Virus record (IMG/VR): IMGVR_UViG_3300031519_004866
DNA length: 64,000 nucleotides
Source: a virus
Direction: 5' to 3' (one strand)
Of the stretch, positions 16,192-27,800 are shown one piece after another. The notes under the pieces are model-generated. The model was not told the origin of the DNA. It saw nothing but the letters and a program-made list of their open reading frames with translations, and did no database searches. A program made the position numbers and the translations under genes. Each line of letters opens with the position of its first letter. Position 1 is the first letter of the stretch.

Positions 16192-17939
16192 TGGCTATCG
16201 AACGTAGAACAAGACAACAACCAACAGGTGCAAATTTAGGATCCGGAGCATATCTTGCAAAAGTTATTAGTGTTTTAGATCCGACGTTTAACGGCAGACT
16301 AAAAGTTACTCTTTTAAAAGATCAAGGTAACGAGTTAGGCGTTGAAGGTAAAACCTATGTTGTAAATTATGCTTCTCCTTTCTTTGGATATACTCCATTT
16401 GAAGCAATGGGTATGAATCAAACAGATTTTAAAGATACACAGCAATCTTATGGGATGTGGATGGTACCGCCAGATGTTGGCGTAACTATTATGATTATGT
16501 TTATAGATGGCGACCCTGCAAACGGCTATTGGTTTGCATGTGTTCCTCCAAGATTTTCTAATCACATGGTGCCTGCTATCGGAGCAGCTGATACTGACCC
16601 AACACAAGAAGGCCGCAGTTCTCTAGTTGCATTAACAGAAGAACAGAAAAAATATTATAACACTAAACAGCCGTTGCCAGTTGGTGAAATTAATAAAAGA
16701 CATAATATTAATGACCGTGAAACAGATGCAGAAGCAATTCCTAAACCGTTACATCCAATTGCAGATAGATTTTTAGCACAGGGACTTTTAGAAGATGATG
16801 TTAGAGGAGTTAGCACTACAACTAGTAGGCGCAACAATCCTAATGCAGTTTTTGGTATTAGCACTCCTGGCCCATTAGATTATTCATCAACAGGAAAACG
16901 CTATCAAGTAGGAACAACTGAAAGTCAATCAGTTGCTATTCCTGTTACAAGATTAGGCGGAACACAGTTTGTTATGGACGATGGCGATGATCGTTACATT
17001 AGAAAATCTGCTCCTAATACCGGACCTGTAGAATATGTTGAAGCAAGTGATGCAACTCAAGCAGGTATAACAGATCTTCCTTATAATGAATATGCAAGAC
17101 TTAGAACACGTACAGGACATCAAATACTTTTACACAATACTGAAGATTTAATTTACATTGGTAATGCTAAAGGAACAGCTTGGGTCGAACTAACCTCTAA
17201 TGGAAAAATAGATGTTTTTGCAAACGATAGCGTTAGTGTACATTCTAAAAATGATGTTAATATTAAAGCAGGTAGAGATATCAATATGGAAGCAGGACGT
17301 AATGTAAACATTAAAGCAACTGCTCAATACCAGTCACCTGATAGTTTAGATCAACCCGCAAAAATTGAAGATGCTCTTAAACAAGAGAGTGGTAGAGTAC
17401 AAATAGAAAGTGCGTTCAACACTAACATATTAATTGGTGCTAACGGAAAAATTGAAACAAGAACTTATAACAATGCAGCTGATGAGTCTATTGCTGGAGA
17501 TTTAGATATTTCAGTCGCTGGCAATCACAGACATTATGTTGGCGGAACTACTGATATTCAAACAATTGGTGATAGATCAGACACACAAGCAAACTGGGAT
17601 ATCAACACAGGCGGCTACAATTACTTAACATCAGGCGCCAATACAGAAGTTGCCGCAGGCGGCGACATTCTTATGTCAGCAAGTCCTAACATACACTTTA
17701 ATGGTCCAGCAGCAACAGGAGCAGCACAGGCCGACACTGCATTAACAATTACAGATTTAATTACATACGATAATATAAGAACAAACCCAGATAAAGAATG
17801 GTCAAGCAGTAAATTCTTAGACGGCACAATTCCATCTATTATGCGTAGAGTTCCACAGCACGAGCCTTGGGCATTGCACGAAAACCAAGCACCTGGACAA
17901 ACAACTCCATCAGCAACCGATAGAGAGGAGAATCAATAA
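16191..17939 (+). CDS. gp5-like central spike (OB-fold plus beta-repeats)
   Basis: YLAKVISVLDPTFNGRLKV...WMVPPDVG OB-fold, RLRTRTGHQILLHNTE, and beta-helix repeats. No lysozyme domain is recognisable. Confidence 0.8.
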   Translation: MAIERRTRQQPTGANLGSGAYLAKVISVLDPTFNGRLKVTLLKDQGNELGVEGKTYVVNYASPFFGYTPFEAMGMNQTDFKDTQQSYGMWMVPPDVGVTIMIMFIDGDPANGYWFACVPPRFSNHMVPAIGAADTDPTQEGRSSLVALTEEQKKYYNTKQPLPVGEINKRHNINDRETDAEAIPKPLHPIADRFLAQGLLEDDVRGVSTTTSRRNNPNAVFGISTPGPLDYSSTGKRYQVGTTESQSVAIPVTRLGGTQFVMDDGDDRYIRKSAPNTGPVEYVEASDATQAGITDLPYNEYARLRTRTGHQILLHNTEDLIYIGNAKGTAWVELTSNGKIDVFANDSVSVHSKNDVNIKAGRDINMEAGRNVNIKATAQYQSPDSLDQPAKIEDALKQESGRVQIESAFNTNILIGANGKIETRTYNNAADESIAGDLDISVAGNHRHYVGGTTDIQTIGDRSDTQANWDINTGGYNYLTSGANTEVAAGGDILMSASPNIHFNGPAATGAAQADTALTITDLITYDNIRTNPDKEWSSSKFLDGTIPSIMRRVPQHEPWALHENQAPGQTTPSATDREENQ

Positions 17940-18376
17940 TGGCAAAACTATACAATAAGAAAACAGTATCGACTAACCAAGCATCTGTTGGATCAGCTGG
18001 TTCGACAGTTTATACTTACAAAGGGTTTAGTTCGCAAAACCAGCCAGACAACTTTAAACTTTATGATATTGATCTTGTAAAGCAAGATATTATAAATCAT
18101 TTTTATATTAGAAAAGGTGAAAAATTAGAAAATCCTAATTTTGGAACTATCATTTGGGATATGATTTTTGAACAATTTACACCCGAAGTTAAAGATTTAA
18201 TAGCACAGGATGTACAAGATGTGATAAACTATGACCCTAGAATAGTTGTAAATCAAATAAGTGTTGATAGTACAGAAATGGGAATTCGCATCCAAGCAGA
18301 TGTAACATATGTTCCATTTAATGTTACTGAAAGGATGCAGTTTGATTTTGATAAAAACAGTTCGGTTATAAAGTAA
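17939..18376 (+). CDS. gp25-like baseplate wedge subunit
   Basis: RKGEKLENPNFGTIIWDMIFE...INYDPRI. Confidence 0.9.
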   Translation: MAKLYNKKTVSTNQASVGSAGSTVYTYKGFSSQNQPDNFKLYDIDLVKQDIINHFYIRKGEKLENPNFGTIIWDMIFEQFTPEVKDLIAQDVQDVINYDPRIVVNQISVDSTEMGIRIQADVTYVPFNVTERMQFDFDKNSSVIK

Positions 18377-18417
18377 GCACTTAATAAACATTGGTAAATA
18401 CAGTATAGGATTAAACA

Positions 18418-21400
18418 ATGAGCACAACGTCAAGACAAAACAACTTACTACTTAACGAAGACTGGACCCGTATCTACCAGACATTCGCTAATGCAGATTT
18501 TAAATCATACGACTTTGAAAATTTAAGACGTGTGATTATTACGTATCTGCGTGAAAACTACCCAGAAGATTTTAACGATTACATTGAAAGCTCAGAATAC
18601 CTTGCGCTCATTGATGCTATTGCATTTTTAGGTCAAAGTCTTTCATTCCGTATTGATTTAGCTTCTAGAGAAAACTTTATTGAACTAGCAGAACGTAAAG
18701 AAAGTGTATTACGTATTGCTAAAATGCTTAGTTATAATGCTAAACGTAACGTTCCTGCAAAAGGGCTGCTAAAATTTACATCAGTTAGCACAACAGAAGA
18801 ACTAATTGATAGTAATGGTAGAAACCTTGCAAGTCAAGTAATTCGTTGGAACGACCCAACAAATACTAATTGGGCAGAGCAATTTATTTTAGCACTTGAT
18901 GCTTCAATGTCTGATAACACAAAATTTGGTAGAAGTCAAGGTACTGCTACTATTCAAAGTATTCCAACAGAACAATATAGATTTAGATCAATTGGTACTG
19001 ATGTTCCTTTGTTTAATTTTGCTAAATCGGTAGCTGGCAGAAATATGACTTTTGAAATTGTAAGTACTTCTTTTAAAGATGCTGAAGAACTTTATGAAGA
19101 GTCGCCAACTCCAGGCAATCAAATGGGGTTTGTTTATAGACAGGATAACAAAGGCCCTGCAAGTACTAATACAGGGTTCTTTCTACAGTTTAAACAGGGT
19201 GCATTAGAACTAGCAGATTTTACTATTCCTTCGCCGTCAACAAATGAAAAGGTTGCAATTGATACGTCAAATATTAACAACGATGATGTTTGGTTGTTTG
19301 CTGTAAATGGCAACGGCAATCAAACTACTGAATGGACTCAAGTTTCTAGTCTTACTGGCAACAATATTGCTTACAATAGCTTACAAGGAAACATTAGAAA
19401 CATATATGCAACTGAAACTAAAGAAAACGACAAAGTTGATTTAATTTTTGCAGACGGTGTTTATGGTAATTTACCACAAGGATCTTTTAGGTCATATTAC
19501 AGAATTAGTAATGGTTTAAATTATACTATTAATCCTAATGAAATGAAAAACATTAGTATTACAGTTGACTATGTTAACGATCAAGGTGTGCAACATGCAT
19601 TAACAATTGGGTTAGCTTTACAGTCATCTGTTTCAACAGCAACAGCAACTGAGTCATTAGCTTCAATTAAGCAAAATGCTCCGGCACAATATTACACACA
19701 AAATAGAATGATTACAGGTGAAGATTATAATCTTGCACCTTTAGCAAGTTCGCAGAATATTTTAAAAGTAAAAGCAACAAATAGAACATCAAGCGGCCTT
19801 TCTAGAAACTTTGATATTATTGATGCAAGTGGAAAATATAGTTCTATTAATGTGTTTGGTACAGACGGCTACATTTATAAACAAGAAGAAGAAAAACAGC
19901 TTTCTTTTAAATTTGCAAATAGAGCAGACATTATTAATTTTGTTAAACAAAAAGTAGAAAAAGTGTTTACAGATACTGATGTATATAATTTTTATTTTAC
20001 AAAGTTTGATAAGATCTTGTTTTCAGGAGATAACATTGTATGGACTGCATCAACTAATGATGTTAATATTGGTACAGGGTATTTTCAGAACAAAGTTGAT
20101 CTGTCATTACTAAAAGTAGGAACATATTCTACAAACAACTTAAAATATATTTCTCCAGGAGCAAATGTTAAATTTACAGCTCCAACAGGACAGTCATTTA
20201 AAAATGGAAACTTAGTTACTACAGATACAACTGATGCTACACAAAAAAGTTTTATATGGACAAAAGTTATAAGTGTTGCAGGTGACGGAACAAACGCAGG
20301 AACAGGAGCAAATGCTAAAGGCGTAGGTCCGGTAGTGTTTAATGATAATGTTCCTTCAGGAGCAGTTGCTTCGAGGATTGTTCCTAAGTTTGTTAGTGAT
20401 CTTTCAGACGCCCTTGAATCGTCAATGGTTACCCAAGCGTTTGCTAATTTAAACTTTGGATTGCGATTTGAACAAGATACGGCAAGTTGGAAAATTATTC
20501 AAAATCAAAACTTAAACTTAACAGCATCTTTTAGTTTAGGTAAAACAGGTGATATATCAAACAACAATTTAGATAGTTCTTGGATTGTTGCATTTGTTAA
20601 AGAGAATGACGAGTACGTTGTAAGAATAAGAACACTAAATTATGTATTTGGTAGTAAAAAACAAAATAGATTTTATTTTGATAAAAATGAAAAAGCATAT
20701 AATAACTTAACTGGCAAGGTTGAAAAAGACATGATCAATGTGTTAGGTATTAATTCATTAAATGTTGGTATAGGTTCATTGATCCAAGATTACCCGTTTG
20801 AAGTTTCGGATACTATTGCATACGATGACGGTTATGAAAGTGCAAGTGAAATTAAGTTAGGTTTTAGAGATTCAGATGCCGACGGAGTAATTGATAATCC
20901 AGAATCGTTTGTTAATGTTGTTGGTGAAGATCTTGACTTAAAATATCTATTTTTTAAATCTGCTAAAGACGAATACGGCACAACAATTTATAATTTAATT
21001 GATACGGCAGTAACTCCAATTTTGATTATTGAAAAAGAGTCATTAGTTAATGTTAACAATTATGCAGACGGTCAGTTAATATACTTTTATGATGTTGCAC
21101 AAAATAGAGTTAAACGTGTTGACAGAACAACTAATACACTAGTGTTAGAAAGTACATACAAAGCAAATATTGGAAGAGACAATTTAAAATTCCAATACAC
21201 ACATTCAGCTAGTGAAGATAGAAGAATTGATCCTAGTGTAACAAACATTATTGACTTGTTTGTACTAACCAGGTCTTATGATACTAGTTTTAAAAATTAT
21301 CTAGTAGGAGCTACAACAATTGAGCCAATAGCTCCTAGTTCAGATGAATTAAGAATTGCATTTGGCATAGGGTTAAGTGCAATTAAATCAATTAGTGACG

Positions 21401-21819
21401 AAGTAGTGTACCATCCTGTAAAATACAAAGTACTATTTGGTGCCGCAGCTGATACAAAATTACAAGCTAAGTTTAAAGTTGTTAAGAATACTGGAAAAAC
21501 AATTAATGATAATAACTTAAAAGTTAGAATAGTTAATGCAATGAATGATTTCTTTGATATTAATAACTGGGACTTTGGAGATAGGTTCTATCTAAGTGAA
21601 CTTTCAACATACGTTCTTAATGTTGTATCACCAGATATATCAAACCTTGTTATTTTACCAAGACAATCATCACAGGCATTTGGAAGCCTGTTTGAAATCC
21701 AAAGTAAGCCAGACGAGATTTTCGCTAATGGTGCCACTGTTGATGATATAGAAATAGTAACTTCTATCACGGCTGCTGAAATTAATGCAGCAACAAATTC
21801 AATAGTGAGTAACACATAA
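18418..21819 (+). CDS. gp6-like baseplate wedge subunit
   Basis: DFKSYDFENLRR...ENFIELAERKESVLRIAKMLSY, ESLASIKQNAP...QNRMITGEDY. Confidence 0.85.
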   Translation: MSTTSRQNNLLLNEDWTRIYQTFANADFKSYDFENLRRVIITYLRENYPEDFNDYIESSEYLALIDAIAFLGQSLSFRIDLASRENFIELAERKESVLRIAKMLSYNAKRNVPAKGLLKFTSVSTTEELIDSNGRNLASQVIRWNDPTNTNWAEQFILALDASMSDNTKFGRSQGTATIQSIPTEQYRFRSIGTDVPLFNFAKSVAGRNMTFEIVSTSFKDAEELYEESPTPGNQMGFVYRQDNKGPASTNTGFFLQFKQGALELADFTIPSPSTNEKVAIDTSNINNDDVWLFAVNGNGNQTTEWTQVSSLTGNNIAYNSLQGNIRNIYATETKENDKVDLIFADGVYGNLPQGSFRSYYRISNGLNYTINPNEMKNISITVDYVNDQGVQHALTIGLALQSSVSTATATESLASIKQNAPAQYYTQNRMITGEDYNLAPLASSQNILKVKATNRTSSGLSRNFDIIDASGKYSSINVFGTDGYIYKQEEEKQLSFKFANRADIINFVKQKVEKVFTDTDVYNFYFTKFDKILFSGDNIVWTASTNDVNIGTGYFQNKVDLSLLKVGTYSTNNLKYISPGANVKFTAPTGQSFKNGNLVTTDTTDATQKSFIWTKVISVAGDGTNAGTGANAKGVGPVVFNDNVPSGAVASRIVPKFVSDLSDALESSMVTQAFANLNFGLRFEQDTASWKIIQNQNLNLTASFSLGKTGDISNNNLDSSWIVAFVKENDEYVVRIRTLNYVFGSKKQNRFYFDKNEKAYNNLTGKVEKDMINVLGINSLNVGIGSLIQDYPFEVSDTIAYDDGYESASEIKLGFRDSDADGVIDNPESFVNVVGEDLDLKYLFFKSAKDEYGTTIYNLIDTAVTPILIIEKESLVNVNNYADGQLIYFYDVAQNRVKRVDRTTNTLVLESTYKANIGRDNLKFQYTHSASEDRRIDPSVTNIIDLFVLTRSYDTSFKNYLVGATTIEPIAPSSDELRIAFGIGLSAIKSISDEVVYHPVKYKVLFGAAADTKLQAKFKVVKNTGKTINDNNLKVRIVNAMNDFFDINNWDFGDRFYLSELSTYVLNVVSPDISNLVILPRQSSQAFGSLFEIQSKPDEIFANGATVDDIEIVTSITAAEINAATNSIVSNT

Positions 21820-24800
21820 TGGCAGACAAGAAAAAGTTTCCTAAGAGCGATATTCCAATTAGAAACAGCTCAGACTTTCTTCCTACAGTTTTTCAAACTC
21901 CTGCAAATAAAAAGTTTTTATCAGGAGTATTAGATCCTCTTGTACAACCAGGTGTTGTTGACAAAACTGTTGGGTATATTGGAAAGCGTTACGGTAAAAC
22001 GTATAACGGGAAAGATGTATATCTTGATAATGATCAAACATTAAGAAGTCGTTATCAATTAGAGCCCGGAATTACTGTTGAAGAAAATCAAGAAGTTAAA
22101 AAGTTTAATGACTACATTGATCTTAAAAGTATGTTGGAATTTTTTGGCAATACTAACGAGCGCGATGACAAAACAACAGAGCAAGAGCATTACAGTTGGA
22201 ACCCACCTGTTAATTGGGACAAGTTTATTAACTACAGAGAATACTATTGGGTGCCAGCAGGAACACCGTCTGTAGATGTATACGGACAAGCATCTAATAT
22301 TCAAAGTACTTATAAAGTAAAGACAGGAATTAATAGCTGGGTACTTTCACCTGATAATATTACTGATAATCCAGACATCACATTATACAGAGGCCAAACT
22401 TATAAGTTTGAAGTAAACTCTCCTCAAGAAGGGTTTTACATTCGAAGTAATTACGATACTGGGTCGTTAATTTTTAATCCTAACAAAGCATATTTTGCTG
22501 GTGAACTAGCAGTATTTGACGGAAAGTTATGGAAGTGTATTAATAACACAAGTATTTTAGACGGAAGTAGTATTACAGTTGATTCGCAGGATTGGAAATT
22601 AGAAGCTAACGATGCAGCATTTGCATCGCTACTATACAATCAAGGAGTTGAAGGCAATGGTACAACAGTTGGAACAATTACATTTACAGTTCCAGCCAAC
22701 TCACCTGATATTTTATATTATCAAAGTGATGTATCACCTAACAGATTAGGTAGGTTTATTGTTGCTGACATTGATTCAAACACATTCATCAACGTTGATA
22801 AAGAAATTGTTGGTAAAAAAGATTATACCACAGCAACCGGACTAGCATTTACAAACGGTCTAGTTGTAGATTTTAGAGGACAGGTTGAGCCTGCAAAATA
22901 TGCAAACAACACATGGCTAGTTGAAGGTGTGGGCGATAGTATCACATTAATTAACTTTGCTGATTTAGTTCCACCACCACTTGCAACCGACACACCGGAA
23001 ATTTTGTTTGATAATGAAGGATTTGATACACAGCCATTTGATGATGCAACTCAATATCCTGGTAATAAAGATTATATCACTATTGCAAGAAATAGCAAAG
23101 ATTCTAATCCGTGGTCAAGATATAATAGATGGTTTCATAGATCTGTACTAGAACAAGCATTTAGACTTAGAGGCCAAGATTTTGACTCGTTAGAAACTGC
23201 AAGAGCTAAACGTCCAATTATTGAGTTCTTACCTAACATTCAATTGTTTAATCATGGTGCTGTTGCAAAACAAACTGTTGACTATGTTGATGACTTTACT
23301 ACTGATGTGTTTTCTAACATTGAAGGAAGCGAAGGCTACAATGTTGACGGAGAGTTTTTGTTTGAAGGAGCAAGAGTTCTTGTAATTTCTGATACAGACA
23401 ATCAAGCAAATAACAAAATATACGAAGTTAAGTTTGTTAAGCATAACAATAAAACACAAATTACTTTAAAAGAAACAGCAGATTCAGATTCGGTGTTTAA
23501 CGAAGCTGTATTAATTCGTAGAGGAACTGCAAACTCAGGCAGAATGTATCATTATACCGGTACAAACTGGGTTAAGAGTCAGGCTAAAATAAAAGCTAAT
23601 CAATCACCATTGTTTGATGTGTTTGATAGTAGTGGAGTATCTTTTGGTGATGCAGTAACATATCCTGTGTCAACATTTGTTGGATCTAATCTTGTAAGTT
23701 ATAAAGTTGGAACTGGCACTGCAGATACTGAATTAGGGTTTGCATTAAAGTATGCCAATATCAATAACGTTGGGGATATTGTTTTTGATTGGAATTTTGA
23801 AACAGATAAGTTTGTTTATACTTTATCTCAAACACAGTATACTAAAAATACTAATGTTGGGTATTATAAAATTAATGACATGTATGTTAATGGGTGGATT
23901 GCTACTGATAAAACATTCCTTCAACCGATTGTTGATTCTTATACATTAACTGTTGCTGACTCAGTAGCAGTGTTTGAAACTGTTGACTGGGAAAAATTAC
24001 CTAGTAACGCTATTATTAATTTTTACCTTAACGGCGAAGCTATTAGTACTCCGTATACAAGAGCATCTTCGCAGTTTACTTTTGAAAAAACTTTTGCAAT
24101 TAACGATGTTATTACAATTAAAGTAGTAGCAGATATTGTGCCTGATAAAGGTTACTACGAAATTCCAGTAGGCATAGAAAAAAATCCTCTAAACGAACAA
24201 CTTAAAACATTCACATTAGGTCAAGCATCTGATCATTTAAAATCGTCTTTAGAATTTGATAAAAGAATAGTTGGCGCAATTCCAGGTGTTTCTAATCTTA
24301 GAGATTTAGCAGATTATCAAAAGCACTCAAAACGATTCCTTAAACACTCTGGATTTGCAGCAGTATCAACTATGCTAATCAACGATAAAGATCTTAACGT
24401 TGTAAAATCGCTAAGACATGCTAAAAATGCTTATACTGTTTTTAAACAAAATATTATTAAACAGTCAACTATACTAGAGTTTAACGATAACACTGCTGAT
24501 TTCTTAGATACAATTATCGAGTCAATGACAAAGACTAAAACTATTGACAGTCCTTTTGCTGATTCTGATATGATAGGTGCAGGAGCGTTTACATCAACAA
24601 AATATATTGTAGCAGATATTGGTATTACAACTTTTACGTTAACTGAGAATTTTAATTTAGATACACTTAGTAGAAGAGCTGTGTATGTTTACTTAAACGA
24701 CAATCAGCTATTAGTTAATACTGATTACACAATTAATAGTGCGTTTGGATTTATTGATATTTCAACTACACTAGAAGAAGACGACAGAATAGAAATTAGA

Positions 24801-27800
24801 GAATATGTGTCAACGGCATTTAGCCATGTTCCTCCAACGCCTACTTCAATTGGAGTATATCCTAAGTTCAAACCTGAGATGTATTTAGACGATACTTATA
24901 GAACTCCTAAGAATGTAATTCAAGGACATGATGGTAGTAAAACAACAGCCTATGATGACTTTAGAGATGATTTACTTTTAGAGTTTGAATACAGAATTTA
25001 TAACAACATTAAGCAACAATATGATCCTGCTGTATTTGATATCGATAAAGCATTAGGCGGATATTATGGCAATGCAACATTTACAAAAGAAGAGCTAGAT
25101 AGCGTTATTAACCAAGAGTTTTTATCTTGGGTACAAAATACTAATCTATCATATACAGTAAATGATGCCTTTGTTGATGGTGAGCCGTTTACATATACAT
25201 ATTCAAATATGACAGACCCAACAGGCACTGTAAACTTGCCGGGATATTGGAGAGGGGTGTACAAGCATTTTTATGATACTGATAGACCACATACTCATCC
25301 ATGGGAAATGCTTGGTTTTACAGAAAAGCCAACTTGGTGGGATACAGAATATGGAGCAGCACCGTACACAAACGGTAACTTAGTTTTATGGGAAGATATT
25401 CAAGCTGGTAAAATTGCACAAGGTACTACAGCTGGAATTTATCCTAGATATGCAAGATCAAGTATATTAACTCATATACCATGCGACTGTGACGGTAACT
25501 TATTAGACCCGCTAACGTCAGGACTTGCAGGTAACTTCCAACTTATAAACAACAGAGGCTCGTTCAAACTAGGAGATGTTAGTCCTGTTGAATATGCATG
25601 GAAATCTAGTTCTGAATATCCATTTGCAGTTACTACTGCATTGGCATTGTTAAAGCCTTTTGATTACTTAATTTTAAACTTTGATAGAGCTATTGCAAAA
25701 CGTAATATTATTAATCAGCTAGTGCATACCACTACAGATACGTTTTTAACTCTTAGCCAACTACAGCTTCCAGTTTCAGGAACAACTCAAGTTGCTGGAC
25801 TATCGTACTATCTTTCATCTTATATTAAATCTCAAGGTGAATTGATATCTGAAGCACAAAAAACTATTTCTAATATCAATGTTAGGCTTACTTCTAGACT
25901 AAGCGGATTTGTTGACCAAGAGCAACAACGATACTTGTTAGATAGTAAGAATCCTAGTTCGTCGAGTACTAGTGTGTTTATACCTCAAGAAAACTATGAC
26001 ATTATCTTTAATGTGAGTTCACCAATTTCTTCAGCAACATACAGTGGTGTGATTTTTGAAAAGACAGCGTCTGGTTGGACAATTAACGGATACGATAATG
26101 TTAATCCGTATTTTAAAACATATACACCTTATCCGCTTCAGAAAGATCCTGTAATTTCAGTTGCAGGAACTTCAGCAGCGTATTCAGAATGGGAAGCAGG
26201 AAAAACATTTAATAATGGACAAATTGTTTCTTATAGAGGAGTATTTTACAGAGCTAATTCTACTCACACTCAAGGAGACACGTTTAGTAAAGATAAACTA
26301 GTTAAACTTCCAGACCTACCAGTTGATAATGCTGTAATAGCACAGCGTAGAAGAAGTTTTAATACTTTTGATGTTGTTAATGTTAGCTACGGAACAGAAT
26401 TTAATACTATTCAAAGTGTAGTAGATTTTCTACTAGGGTATCAAGAATATCTTAAAGGACAAGGTTTTAATTTTGCAAACTATGACGGCACTAATCAGGT
26501 AGTACAAGATTTTGTAACAGCAGCAAAAGAATTTATGTACTGGTCAGTTCACAACTGGGCACAAGGATCTATCCTAACAGTTAGTCCTGGCGCAACACGT
26601 ATGGACATTAATCTTGCAGTTGGTGTTGCTGAAAGTCTATTAGATGGTTTCTACGATTACAATGTACTAAACGCAGACGGGTCTGCATTAGATCCTCAGT
26701 TTTTAGATGTATCAAGAAGTTTTCAAAATGTTGAAATTAGTACAACAGATACAACGCAAGGCATTTATCTATTAAAAATAAATTATGTTGTTAAAGAGCA
26801 TGTAGCAATATTTGATGATAAAACAGTATTCAACGATACTATTTTTGATAAAGCGACAGGTTATAGACAAGAAAGAATCAAAGCCCAGGGATTTAGAACA
26901 ACTGATTGGGATGGTGATTATACTAGTCCTGGATTTTTGTTTGATAATGTTTCTATTGGAACATGGTCTCCTTACTATGATTATAAATTAGGCGATATTG
27001 TTTCTTATAGATCTTACAAGTATACTGCAAGAAGCAATCACACTAGTGACGAAACTTTCTTAGACAGCAACTGGACCTTATTAGATTCAGAGCCAGTTAA
27101 GCAATTGATTCCTAACTTTGATTATAGAATTAATCAAATTGAAGATTACTTTGATGTTTCTTCTGAAGGACTTGGCAAAAGCCAAAGAGATTTAGCAAGG
27201 CATACAATAGGTTATCAAACTAGAAGTTATTTAGAAAACTTATCTGAAGATCCAACTACTCAGTTTCAATTGTATCAAGGATTTATTAGAGAAAAAGGCA
27301 CAAACAACGCTGTTACAAAATTGTTTACTAAATTAGGTGCTGATACTAACACATCAGCAGTTGACCTAAACGAAGAATGGGGATTTAGAGTAGGCCAACT
27401 AGGCGGAGTTGACCAGTCTACAAAAATTGAAATTAAACTAGAAACAGATAAATTTCAATTAAATCCGCAGCCTGTTATTATACAACCTTCGGCAGAAACT
27501 ACAGTTGATAGATATTATAGAATTGATAAAACAAACTTTCAATATGCGCCAACTCCATATTCAACTAACATTAGTCCTGTTAGTTACGATTCTAAACCTG
27601 TTAAAACAGCAGGGTATGTGAAATTTGGTCAAGTAGATTTTACAGTTACAAACAAAGATAGTATTTTAGATTTAGATATTTCACTAGTTAACGACAACAG
27701 TCACATTTGGGTAACCTTTGATGGGCCTTCTTGGACAGTACTTAGAGCAAATACTGTTTATGATTTAAAAATAACCAACGTTACAAGTAATGATGACAAC

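Noticed and set aside
11923-21819. Extracellular contractile injection system / T6SS locus
   Set aside because: Co-occurrence with gp46/47, gp55, rnh and tape measure, and absence of bacterial housekeeping genes, indicates a T4-like phage.
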